A stretch of DNA of 63,918 bases, filler included, from Octopus bimaculoides (lineage: Eukaryota), in the NCBI RefSeq assembly GCF_001194135.2. It is 6 parts of 5 records of this genome, joined end to end, with 100 filler letters (N's around TTAATTAATTAA, not from the genome) between each part and the next. Parts side by side here need not be neighbours in the genome. Positions count along the whole stretch, not along the records: positions 6,641 to 16,317 come from NC_068982.1; positions 16,418 to 30,917 come from NC_069000.1; 4 more parts are not named here. One strand, 5' to 3'. Positions 13,330-25,574 of the stretch are shown here, in pieces. The notes under the pieces are model-generated. The model saw only the letters and a list, made by a program, of their open reading frames with translations, was not told where the DNA came from and searched no databases. The translations under genes and the position numbers were made by a program. Position 1 is the first letter of the stretch. Each line of letters starts with the position of its first letter.

Positions 13330-15240
13330 GGAGCTTGATGCTGCTGCCCTCATCTGTGTTTCTTAAGGTGAGCTAGGCATGTCTGGAACCCTTGACAGGA
13401 GAAGATCTAGTGTTGTTTTGAAGACACCGACATCCACACCATGCAGGTCTCTCATGCATTTTGGAAGGGTATAGAAATGCTGTAGCCCCTTGATGCTCAA
13501 GCAGTTGCAATATCTGTTCCTCTATTTTGATGGAGATGCTGGAATCTTTGGGACTATGCAGTGGCACCCAGTTCTGCTATTTGTGTAACTTTGAATGCCA
13601 AAGTTTGACACAAAGTCTTCCAGGATTTTCCATATGTATATCAGTGAATATATTTCCTGCCTTTGTTCCAGGGAGAAAAGTTTTAATTCTTTCAGTTTTT
13701 CCCAGTAGCTGATATGTTGACTGAATCAATCTTCTTTTTGTAACTTCGTTGGATTGCTTCGAGTTCCGCCGTTAATTTCATATGCTCTTCAAAGGACCAT
13801 CATTGTCTCCTTTTCTCTTGTTCTGAATGCTCGGAGGATCCATCCAGCTAGCTGTCTGTATTTTATTACCAAACTGGTAATATGCGCTTGGACAGATGCA
13901 TCATTGCTCATGTCAATGCACTGGTCATGCACTGATTTTGTTTCAGGGTTTCCAATTCCTCCCGGGCCAGTGTTTTCTGTCTGCATGTCATTCAGCTTTG
14001 TGTGCTGGTGGCGCAAGATTTGCAAATTTCTTGCATTAAATTGCATGTTGTTGTTCTCAGTTCACTGTATATTGCGTCCAACTCCCGTTATAGATATGCA
14101 ATATTTCCAGGATTTTGTATTGTCTGAGAGACATTTGTGTCATCTGCATAGCTAGCAGGAGTGGCTATCTGAGCAGCTGAGGGCATGTTTGAGATGGCCA
14201 CTATAAATAGCAGTGACTCTAAAAGAGTGCCCTGTCGAACACCACTTGCTATTTGTGTTTCTATGGAAGTGGCTCCGTTGGCCACTGCTGGCTGACGTCT
14301 ATCTTTAAGAAAGTCGGGCAGCCACTCTCCAAGTTATCCGCCTATACCGAGATCACGCAGATTGTGACATATCATACCACAGTCGACTTTATGAAAGGCT
14401 TTCCCAAAGTCGAGGTATATCACATCCGGATGTGAGTCCTTTAGCAGCTGCTTTAACACCCAGTCGTAGTGCTGCAAAAGTTGTGTTAGGCAGCTTGTAC
14501 GTGGTCGAAATCATTTTCTTCATGGAACGCGAAAATTTTCTTGCAGTCTATTCGTTCCATGACTTTCCTGATGTGTGAGGTCAGAGACAGAGAGTCGCAT
14601 ATAATTGTTTGCATCTGCTATGCATCCTCTCTTATGGATAGGGCATATTATTCCATCCTTCAGTTCCTCTGAGAGCTTATCACTTGCAAGAAAGCTCTGG
14701 AAAAGAAGCTGCAGTGCTTTCTCAAGTGCTCATTTGCACGATTTGAGAAGGACCGCTGAGAATCCGTCAGCGCCGTCAGCTGAATTTGTGTCAACCTCAT
14801 CTATAGCCAGTGTTATATCTTCTCCAATGTTGATGTAATCGATTTTCCTCTCCTTTGTTATAGGTAAAGTGACCATTAGTTCTGATGGTTTGTACACTTT
14901 ATGGTAAGATTTAATATTTTCTATAACCCAAGCTACTACGTCTGCACTTCATTTTCGTGAGATTGATGCAGACTTTTCTCAGTTTCCAAAAGAGCTCTCT
15001 CCTGGACTTCTCACCACTTTTAAGATGCTTACTCAGGCGATTCGCAATCTTTGTCCGTCGTCTCATAAGCACCTTCCTTTCCCTAGTGATCCCGTTTTGG
15101 TGTACGTTGGCGCGGCGCACCAGGACGGGATTTTTACAGATGGCTTGCATTATGGACATGAAGTGTTCGTTTCATATCAATGTCTGATGTGGAGAGACAT
15201 TTAGGCCAATCTTGTTTGAGGATCACTTTCTCAATCAACT
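13330..15240 (-). mobile_element. CR1-group LINE, 5'-truncated and frameshifted RT region plus 3' UTR
   Basis: Minus-strand peptides SGVRQGTLL, SYADDT and KYRQLAGWILRAFRTREKETM; same family as 62580-63487. Confidence 0.88.
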
Positions 15241-15997
15241 TCCACTTTGCTTTATGAAAACTTAGTTTGGAGAGATTATGGGTACTTCGTCTGTATATAA
15301 TTTACTATTTCCCTTAGGTATAGTGATACCAATAAACTACAGAACAAAGCGTCAGTCGACTACTGAGTAGTGAGCAAAAATTAAAATGGGACAAAAATTA
15401 TGTCATAAAAGTCAATTACTTACAACTGTTGCTGCTATAGGATACAGTGCATTCATATTTGAAGGTTTGCGTACCACAGTATAGCTTCCACACGAACTAG
15501 ACAGACGCACATACACACGCACAAACACAANNNNNNNNNNATATATATATATATATACACACGGACACGTAAGTATAGACTTTTGAGTTTCAAACGTCTT
15601 TACCGTTAACGTTATATTCGATGGCATATTTTCATTCCAGTAGCATATTTTATACGAAGACACATACTTATAAAGTACACACTCAAAATTCCTAATCTGT
15701 GCTCTAATCTGTCCAATCAAACAAACTATTTTCGATAGTTTATTTGTTTGCAATCGTTCTGGAGATGTTTTTAAATAAACAACGTTTCGAATTTTATGCT
15801 ACCTCACAACATAAGAATCTATAATTCAAGTGACATCCTTTGCGGAAGGTATTGGAAACAGTAAAGTATTCACGCAGTTAGTTATGTAATATGTCACTAA
15901 AATGATAATTAAGTCTAAAAGGCAATTATAGGTGTTCAATTTAATATGCGTGATTGAAACTCTTGATTTTCAGTTGTCACTCCCAGTTACCGCATAT

Positions 15998-16317
<320 letters not shown>

Positions 16318-17574
16318 NNNNNNNNNNNNNNNNNNNNNNNNNNNNNNNNNNNNNNNNNNNNTTAATTAATTAANNNNNNNNNNNNNNNNNNNNNNNNNNN
16401 NNNNNNNNNNNNNNNNNGCATGAAACGTGCGTACTGCAATCACTTTTGATATCCGTGTTGCTTATTGTTTGATTTTAATCACCCATCCTTTTGGGATGTG
16501 ATATTCGGGTGCCTTCGCATAAGTACCATATTCAAGCCTTGAATCTATACATATATATATATATATATATATACACATACACATATATAAATACACACAC
16601 ACACACACACACACCATATTTGCTCGTATAATTTGCACCTTATAACTTCATAACTTCATAAAAATCAGAGATGTAACTTATACACGATGCTGAGAAATTT
16701 TGTATGTTAAAGTTTTATACTAAATTTCTCCTGCAAAACATGGGTGGGAGAACAACTCTCTAAATGCATGGGTATATATTTAGTGCATGTGTCTATGTAT
16801 ATTTGTGTGTACATTTATGTATATATTTGTTTCCATTTGCAATATTTTTGTAGTTAATGTGTATACAAAGTGTGTTTATTTCTCTGTTTGTGTGTGTGTG
16901 TTTGTATGTACATTGCTTGCAGAAGTATTTCAGTAAGTCTGTGTATGTCTGCTTGTTTATATTTGTTCTCTATGTATTTAGTTTACTGTACTCAGCTGTA
17001 TGTCAGTTTGTAAATGTGTGGATTTGTATCTTATGCATAGTTGTGTACATAGCTCCTTGAATCAATACTCCTAAGTCTCTCTCTATCTCTGTTTGTATAT
17101 AAATATATATGTGTGTGTGTGTGTGTGTTAATATAAATGTATATGAATCCGGGTGTGTGTGAGACTATGTGTGGTTCACTATGTGGTTCACTATGTGTGG
17201 TTCACTATGTGTGGTTCACTTTGCATGAGGGTGCAAAAGTATATCTGTATCTATTGGTTTATCTAAAAGTGTAGTTATACATCTATACACGTCTGTCTGT
17301 ATGTGCATGAGTGTATGTGTGTGAGTAACTGTGTATGGATGACAGTCAAGCAGCACTGCCTGCTACCTGTTATGGAACATTCTGGAAGATTGCCAATTAT
17401 TTCTTACTGCAACCACATGATATCTTTTAGCTTTAGTTAGTCTTTATATCATTGTTGTTGATATTGTTGTTTCCTTTTTATGGTTACATTCTTTGTTTTG
17501 GGGTTCAGTTTGCTCAATTTCTTCCTCTTCCTCACCCCCCCCCCCCNNNNNNNNNNAGCAGTAACACCACCACC

Positions 17575-17790
17575 ATCACCATGAGGGTAGTGGATTGGCA
17601 GAAATTTTAGATTGCAGAGCAAAACACTTTGCAGTATTTAGTTACAACATTTTGCAATGAGTTCAAATTCTGTCAAGATTGGTTTTAGCTTTCACCCATT
17701 TTGGGCTCAGTAATATAAAGTTACTGTCCTGTACTGGGGTCAATGCAATCAATGATTTCCCTCCTGCAAAATTTCTGGTTTTCTGCTAAT
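17575..17790 (+). mobile_element. Degenerate family B SINE
   Basis: ttggcagaa...gagttcaaattctg...gctttcacccattttggg... Confidence 0.6.
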
Positions 17791-17827
17791 GTTAGAACTA
17801 ATTATAATTATTCATTTATTAATTGTA

Positions 17828-18170
17828 GATGCATGTGGCTTTGTGGTTAGGGTATTCAGTTCACAATGCAAGTTCAATATCAGGTAGCATGTGAGCATAT
17901 CTGTCCCCACACAGATATGTATTGTGTCCTTGAGCAAGACACTTTAATTCACAGTGCTCCAGTCCACTCAACTGGCAAAAATGAGTTGTACTTGTATTTC
18001 AAAGGGCCAACCTTGTCACACTTTGTGTCACACTTTGTGTCACACTTTGTGTCACACTTTGTGTCACACTGAATCTCCCTGAGAACTACGTTAAGTGTAC
18101 ACATGTCTGTGAAGTGCTCAGCCACTTGCATGTTCATTTCATGAGCAGCCTGTTCTAGTGATCGAATCAA
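17828..18170 (+). mobile_element. tRNA-derived SINE family C with an internal 12-bp tandem expansion (cactttgtgtca)x4
   Basis: tRNA-like head, ttgtgtccttgagcaagacactt core, and the tandem at about 18015-18068. Confidence 0.8.
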
Positions 18171-18175
18171 TGATA

Positions 18176-18900
18176 TATATAAGGCAGAAGGTACTGCAAC
18201 CCTAAGTAATGATACAACTGATAAGAAGACCTATATTGGATTATATGAAGGGGAATTTAAAAATCACTATGCCAATCACATAGCCTCCTTCTGAGATAGG
18301 GACAAAAGAAAAGCTACTAAGTTGGCTAGCTATGTATGGAGTTTGAAAGATAACGAAACACTGCATGTGTTCAAATGGAAAGTAATTGAGAAATCCATAC
18401 CTTATGTGAATGGATAGAATAAATGTAGACTTTGTTTGGCTGAAAGTGCACAGATCCTGTTCAGATCTAAGATCCCTAACTCTCTATTGAACTCCAGTTC
18501 ATAAATTTCCAGTGGTTGCATGCATATGTATAAATATATTTTGAAGAATTGGAAAATTCTGCCTGTTCCTGACTGACTTGATAACTTTCCAGCCTAATGT
18601 CTAAAGAGGATAGCTCTTTTACCTTGTTACTTTCTATTTTTTACATTTTAGTTTCTGTTTTTCGTTTTCCATTGTTTACTGTCTGTGTTTTCTATATGCT
18701 ACCTTCTCAGTTTTTAATGTTTCTTCTATTATTCAATTTCCTTAGTTCATTATGAGATGTGGTTTACGCCTAAAGAATATGTTAGAGTTTTCTCAATTTC
18801 TGAAAGTATTAGTAGCACTTTAATACATGTGTTGTGACCTTTAAATAAATAATATTTAGCTCTCACCAAATGGAGTACTTTTTTTGTTGAGTTTTCTATC
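18176..18900 (+). mobile_element. Penelope-like element (Neptune-type) 3' fragment with a GIY-YIG endonuclease remnant
   Basis: IYKAEG...KKTYIGLYEGEFKNHYANHIASF...ATKLASYVWSLKD...KWKVIEK...KCRLCLAE with internal stops, followed by AT-rich 3' sequence. Confidence 0.85.
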
Positions 18901-18918
18901 ACAGATCAATACATTATA

Positions 18919-18951
<33 letters not shown>

Positions 18952-18958
18952 CATGTGC

Positions 18959-18990
<32 letters not shown>

Positions 18991-19189
18991 CGTATGTATG
19001 TATGTATATCAATCTAGCTAGTTATCTGATGTATGTGTATATATTTGTGTGTATGTAGATGTGAATATGTTTGTATACATATGTATATAGATGTCTGAGG
19101 AGACAAGTTTGTTCCTTGAACTTACAAATCTTTAAATCACATGGAACTGAGTTAATTTCCTATTAAATTATATATACATACATACCTAC

Positions 19190-19229
<40 letters not shown>

Positions 19230-19234
19230 GGCTA

Positions 19235-19465
19235 GTCCACATTACTCCAAAGTAGCACAGGGCTGGTTTCCCAGGTTATTTGGAGTATATATTCCTCCTT
19301 GGACATGAGCAAGTCCATTGCAGGATACCCATTCTTACAAGCTGAATAAGCTGGAACAATGTGAAATGAAGTATTCTACTCAAGAACACAATACATCACC
19401 TGGTCCAGGAATTGAAACCACAATCTTGTGCTGATGCATCCAACAACCTAACTACTGAGCCATGC
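19235..19465 (-). mobile_element. tRNA-derived SINE family C-like
   Basis: ctcaagaacacaatac...gaattgaaaccacaatc...actactgagccatgc (reversed core and head). Confidence 0.65.
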
Positions 19466-19472
19466 TATATAA

Positions 19473-19523
<51 letters not shown>

Positions 19524-19701
19524 CAGCACATGTACATGTGTGGCCATATAACATGTCATTATGTCTTCTAGTTTTACTATCATGAGAGAAGACAGTATTG
19601 CTTTTAAAAGTGAGGGCCATAACACCATTCAAGAGGCAGATGATATTCATTTTTATCAAAACTGTACTTCTTTAAAGTACACATAGTATATATGTGAATA
19701 T

Positions 19702-19985
19702 GTGTGTGGCCTAGCGGTTAAGGTGTTGCACTCAAGATTGCCTGATCATGGCTTTGATTCCCTAACGAGGTGATATGTTGTGCTCTTGAGCAAAAGACTT
19801 CACCTTATGATGCTTTGTGACCACATTGACATCTGATGTATGGCACACCATATGTTTGTACAAGCAATGACGATTTGATGGATGGAGAGAACAAATGTTT
19901 GGCACAAACATTTGTTCACTATAAACAAATCATCTTGTGCAGGTTGTTCAGCAAGAGACTGCAGAACCATCTTTTTTGGACCCAG
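19702..19985 (+). mobile_element. tRNA-derived SINE, family C variant
   Basis: Head tggcctagcggttaaggtgttgcactc; core ttgtgctcttgagcaaaagactt. Confidence 0.7.
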
Positions 19986-20734
19986 GAAACTGCCATTATT
20001 ATTATTACTTCTTTATTGTTTGGCTGTCTGGAAACATTTCCAAAATAACAGATTTAAATGATCTGTGAATCTCATAGGAATGCTCGTTAAGCCATGAAGA
20101 TTGCAACTTTGACTCCAACATTCACAACCTAAAGGATTTACATTGAAAGCTAAGTGTCAATTGAAGCTTCTTNNNNNNNNNNNNNNNNNNNNNNNNNNNN
20201 NNNNNNNNNNNNNNNNNNNNNNNNNNNNNNNNNNNNNNNNNNNNNNNNNNNNNNNNNNNNNNNNNNNNNNNNNNNNNNNNNNNNNNNNNNNNNNNNNNNN
20301 NNNNNNNNNNNNNNNNNNNNNNNNNNNNNNNNNNNNNNNNNNNNNNNNNNNNNNNNNNNNNNNNNNNNNNNNNNNNNNNNNNNNNNNNNNNNNNNNNNNN
20401 NNNNNNNNNNNNNNNNNNNNNNNNNNNNNNNNNNNNNNNNNNNNNNNNNNNNNNNNNNNNNNNNNNNNNNNNNNNNNNNNNNNNNNNNNNNNNNNNNNNN
20501 NNNNNNNNNNNNNNTATATATATATATATATATCTGAAACAGTCAATTCAAATAAACAATCAATTCAAATAAATGAATAATAAAATTAACAATAACAGAT
20601 AAGAAGAGGATGTGCACAAGGATGTATTAGTTTGATGCACAATAACAGGAGAGAGTTTTTGATATTTCAAGCATAACTCTTTGTTGGAAAGGAGAAAGGG
20701 AAAGGTCTAAAGAAGGAAAAGAAATCCATGTGTG

Positions 20735-20950
20735 TATGTGTCTCTGTGTCTGTGTTTGTATCCCACCACCGCTTGACAACCTGTGTTGATGTGTTTACAT
20801 TCCTGTAGGTTTGTGACTCAGCAAAAGAGACAAATAAAATAAATACCAGGCATAAAAAAAAGTACTGGGGTCAATTCATCCGATTAAAAATTCTTCAAGC
20901 TATTGCCCTGGCATTGGGTGCAGTCTAATGACTGAAACAAAAGATGAAAA
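20735..20950 (+). mobile_element. Family A SINE, 3' half
   Basis: gtgtttgtatcccaccaccgcttgacaac...gcagtctaatgactgaaac. Confidence 0.7.
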
Positions 20951-21096
20951 ATAATCAGCCAAAATCTTCTCTGAATCAATGATTGCATCTTTTGGTATAT
21001 CTCCAAAGCAATGTGGGGAACTTGGTGCACAAATATATATATATATATATATATATANNNNNNNNNNACACACACACACACATATATATATGTATG

Positions 21097-21178
<82 letters not shown>

Positions 21179-21402
21179 CATATGTATATGCATGTATGTA
21201 CATATTTATGTGTGTATATTGGTTCTAATTGGCAGAAGTGACAAAGTGATTCATAGGTTGAGAGTTTTGTGTCTGTGATGCCCGTGAAAAACTATTAGTC
21301 CTTTGCAACTTCTGATTCAAATTAATAAAAAATATATTCATTCACTTTGAGTTCTATTTATCCAATTTGTACTACAAAATACATACAAATACATACACAC
21401 AC

Positions 21403-21458
<56 letters not shown>

Positions 21459-21606
21459 AGGGGAGAGAGAGAGAAGGGGAGAGAGGGAAAGTGAGAGAGA
21501 GGGAGAGACATACACACATACATTTGTGTATACATCCATATGCACACACACAGAGGCATACTAATATTGATATGTACATACGCACATGCATAAATAAATG
21601 TTCATA

Positions 21607-21648
<42 letters not shown>

Positions 21649-22292
21649 AATATATACACACATACATACACACACATATATATACACACACACGCATGCA
21701 TACACACATACATGCCTACACACACACATATAGCTATACATGAGTGCATGTCTCATTGTGTACATGTGTGTGCATGAAGAAATCAATAGCACCTATATAT
21801 ATATAACACAGTAACCATAACAACAGTAAAATCTTCAAGAGATGTCTGCCAGTTCAAGATGGGGTTGAGGTTGGGGGCTGTTTGGAGTCAATGAATGACA
21901 TTAGTCATCTCTCTGACCCCCTTTTTTTTACTTCACTTCTCCCAACCTATAGTTGTTTACCTATCTATCTATCTGCCTCAAGTTACCTCTACTCTCTCCT
22001 CCTGTTTCCTTCAAGCTACCTCTCCCTCTCTCTTTCCATCTCTCTTTAACTATAAACTCTTCTAGCTATCTCACCATATTATTCTCATTCACCCTCTCAT
22101 GTTCTCCCATCCTCACTCTCTCTCTCTCTCTCTCTCAATTTCTCCCACCCTCATTCTCTCTTTCTCTGAAACTAACCTACACCATTTTTCTCCATATCTC
22201 CCTTTATTATCCTCTCTATCTTTGTCTGTCTGTTTGTCTTTCTCTTCCTCTGTCTGTCTGTCTGTCTAATTATCCATCTATCTATCCATCTC

Positions 22293-22335
<43 letters not shown>

Positions 22336-22956
22336 ATCTCTATCTCTTTTTGCTATTCTCTCTACTCTTGGTTTAATCTACTACTACTCTCCCTGTCTCT
22401 AACTCTCTCTTTCTTTCCCCAACTCTCTCACTTACCATGTCTCACTCAGTTTTTCATTCTATAAGGGTACAATGGATGTATATAATTCCACCCCTGCAGG
22501 TACAGTTGTAAACTGTTGATGTAGAGCTTGTGATGATGATGCAGTTATAATAAGGTAATGAAATATTAGCAGCAGTAGTGATGGTGATGATACAGGTGGT
22601 GGAACTATCAAATGGTGTTGTGGAGGTGGTGATGGCAGGGGTGAGAGAGTTGGTGATACAGATGTCAGAACTATCATAGGCAGAGGTGTTTTGGCGCCAA
22701 ACAAACAGCAGTGGTGTGTGATGGTGGTGGTAATGAAATAAGTGGCATTACAGAGTTAGGTGCTGGTGTTGGTTGTAGTGTCACTAGAGGTAAAGTAATG
22801 ATATGAAAGCTAGTGTTGATATGCAATGGTAATGTTTGTGCAGGTTATTGTTGTTGTGTAAATCCAAATCAGCTATGACTGTGTAAATCTACAACCAATG
22901 GCTATTCCAACCATGACCATCCAGTCTTCTCCTTATGTGTTAAGGGACTCCAGGTA

Positions 22957-23188
22957 AAGGCGGCGAGCTGGCAGAAACATTAGCACACTGGGCGAAATGC
23001 TTAGCGGTATTTCGTCTGCCGTTACGTTCTGAGTTCAAATTCCGCCGAGGTCGACTTTGCCTTTCATCCTTTCGGGGTCGATAAATTAAGTACCAGTTAC
23101 GTACTGGGGATCGATGTAATCGACTTATTCCCTTTGTCTGTCCTTGTTTGTCCCTTCTATGTTTAGCCTCTTGTGGGCAATAAAGAAA
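22957..23188 (+). mobile_element. Young family B SINE (Deu/Nin-domain-like core) with a 16-bp TSD
   Basis: TSD taagggactccaggta at 22941-22956 and 23189-23204; core gcctttcatcctttcggggtcgataaattaagtaccag; CpGs retained. Confidence 0.92.
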
Positions 23189-23514
23189 TAAGGGACTCCA
23201 GGTATACTTTACTCTGTGTCCTTTCTTAAGATAGAAATTGTGTGAATTTTGGAACAAAATTTGACTGCCATTTCTTGCAGGTTAAACAACCATGTTAGAT
23301 ATGTATATAATTAATAGAAGATGATAAATTGTTAATCTTATCACATATGCCTCGAATAGAGCATGCATTTTTCTGGAAAGTTATAATGGGGCTTGGGGAA
23401 AAATAGATTGAGAAACACTGATCGAGTATAATGGAAGAGGTGTGGTAGTGGTAACTAGTGGTGGGTAAAGATTGACAGTCCTGTAGTTGATAGTAGTATT
23501 ATAGGAATAATGGA

Positions 23515-23730
23515 AGATGGTGAGCTGGCAGAATCATTAGCATGCTGGCAAAATGCTTAGCAGTATGTCATCTGTCTTTATGTTCTTAGTTCAAATTCTA
23601 CTGAGGTCGACTTTGCTTTTCATCCTTTTGGGGTTCAATAAAATAATTGCCAGTTGAGCACTGGGTGTCAATGTCATTGACTTACCCTCTCCCTGAAATT
23701 GCTGCCCTTGTGCCAAAATTTGAATCCAGT
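23515..23730 (+). mobile_element. Older family B SINE
   Basis: Collinear with the 22957 copy, with CpG decay. Confidence 0.8.
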
Positions 23731-23786
23731 ACTACAGGGATAATGGTGTGGTTTATAGTTGTGTAGCAATCTTGATTAATATTGTT

Positions 23787-23912
23787 CTTTATTTTACAGA
23801 TGAGGAATTAAGTACATTATTTACATTATTTATATGCCCACGGACATATGGCATAGTGGTTAAGAGTATAGGCTACTAACCCCAAGATTCCGAGTTCGAT
23901 TCCAGGTAGTGA

Positions 23913-23947
<35 letters not shown>

Positions 23948-24091
23948 TTGAAAAATGCCTTAGGAATGAGAACCCAGGTTCAAAATTTCCCTAAGACACC
24001 TGATGAAGGATGGAGGGTATATCAGCCAAAACGTTGAGTTAACAACAAGATGAGGACAAATATAAATAATGTAAATAATGTAAATAATGTA
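23787..24091 (+). mobile_element. Non-autonomous composite element: tRNA-like head + (AAT)n + Penelope-type hammerhead tail
   Basis: 16-bp TSD cttgattaatattgtt at 23771-23786 and 24092-24107. A and B boxes lie in 23842-23915. The tail taaataatgtaaataatgta also occurs inverted near the 5' end. Confidence 0.75.
23995..24041 (+). ncRNA. Degenerate minimal type I hammerhead-like motif
   Basis: gacac-CTGATGA-A-ggatg-loop-cagcc-AAAA-cgtt-gagtt. G12 is replaced by A, and stems I and II each have one mismatch. Confidence 0.5.
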
Positions 24092-24161
24092 CTTGATTAA
24101 TATTGTTAAGCCTTTAATTGCGAGATTAAATTCCATAGTTATTCTTATAAGGATGTTAAAT

Positions 24162-24323
24162 AGGTGCAGGAGTGGCTGTGTGGTAAGTAGCTTGCTTACC
24201 AACCACATGGTTCTGGGTTCAGTCACACTGCATGGCACCATGGGCAAGTGTCTTCTACTATAGCCTTGGGTGAACCAAAGCCTTGTGAGTGGTTTTGGTA
24301 GACAGAAACTGAAAGAAGCCCAT

Positions 24324-24367
<44 letters not shown>

Positions 24368-24585
24368 TGTATATGTTTGTGTGTCTGTGTTTGTTCCCCC
24401 AATATCGCTTAACATTGCTAGTGTGTTTATGTCCCTGTAATTTAGCGGTTCGGCAAAAGAGACCGATAGAATAAGTTCTAGGCTAACAAAGAACAAGTCC
24501 TGGGGTCGATTTGATCAACTAAAGGAGGTGCTCCAGCATGGCCGCAGTCAAATGACTGAAATGAATACAAGAATAAAGAAAAAAA
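24162..24585 (+). mobile_element. Full-length tRNA-derived family A SINE with an internal (TA)n
   Basis: ggagtggctgtgtggtaagtagc head through the gccgcagtcaaatgactgaaa tail. Confidence 0.9.
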
Positions 24586-25069
24586 GAAAAAGTGTTTTCT
24601 GTAAGTCACGTTGCCTCAGTAAACTTGATATATCTCACCAAAAATTCATTTCAAACATGACATTCTTCAACAAAAGAGAGATTGGAATATAAAACTGCTT
24701 TCCACAGTTAAGTGTAATGAAATTTTGAGAGGATATATCTGATTTCCACTGTAAAAGGATTAAAGTAGTAGTGGTGGTGGTGGTGGTGGTGGTGGTGGTA
24801 ATAATATTACAGTGATTAAGTGGAGATAGTGGTAGTAGTTATTGTTTTGGTGTAATAATAATAAAATTTTAGTGGTCATGCATGATGTTGGTGGCAAAAC
24901 ACACATAATCCTTACCAGAGACTACAAATGATGTACGTGCAGCATGGCACACTGGTGTTCTGTGGAAAGTTGTTGGGTATGTCATAAAAAAACAATAAAA
25001 TTAGATTTAAAAATACAAACTCATTCATCATTATCATCATCATCATTGTTGTCATCATCCTCCTCATCG

Positions 25070-25100
<31 letters not shown>

Positions 25101-25574
25101 TATCACCACCACTATCAACATCATCATCATCATTTTAATGTCCACTTTTTCACAATTGCATGTGTCCAGTTCTCACCTGTTTCCAAGCAGGATAATATAC
25201 TTCTCCCCCACCTTCCCATGGCCAGGCATGTTTTCACAAATGACACTGCTTGCACGAAGACTGTGCTCGGTGGTAAGTCGAGAGGACTCAGGCAAAAATA
25301 AAGTGCTGCTGCTGCTGATAATGATGAGGAAGGTGACAGTGGTGGTGGTGGTAAGGATGATGTTGATGATGGTGGTGGTGATGATGATGCATGAGGCCAT
25401 ATTTCTTGTGAAGGAGCATAATTGATCATGCTGCCCCCCCCCCCAGTACTCCACCACTACTTATGTTATTGATCCTCGAATGTAGAGAAACAACTTTGCC
25501 TTCCATGTTTCTGGGATTAATAAAGTATAAAACTAGGGTGTTGAATTGGCAGAAAAGACAGAATGTCAGATAAA

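Noticed and set aside
17160-18070. Short tandem arrays (also 36570-36625) as CRISPR-like repeats
   Set aside because: Units are directly adjacent with no unique spacers, the context is eukaryotic and there are no cas genes.
18765-18812. Hammerhead in the Neptune-type element's 3' region
   Set aside because: The core reads CTAAAGA and stem II is largely unpaired, too decayed to call.
23842-23915. tRNA gene (and likewise the heads of the family A and C SINEs)
   Set aside because: Acceptor and anticodon stems do not pair properly, and each head is fused to a repeat body.
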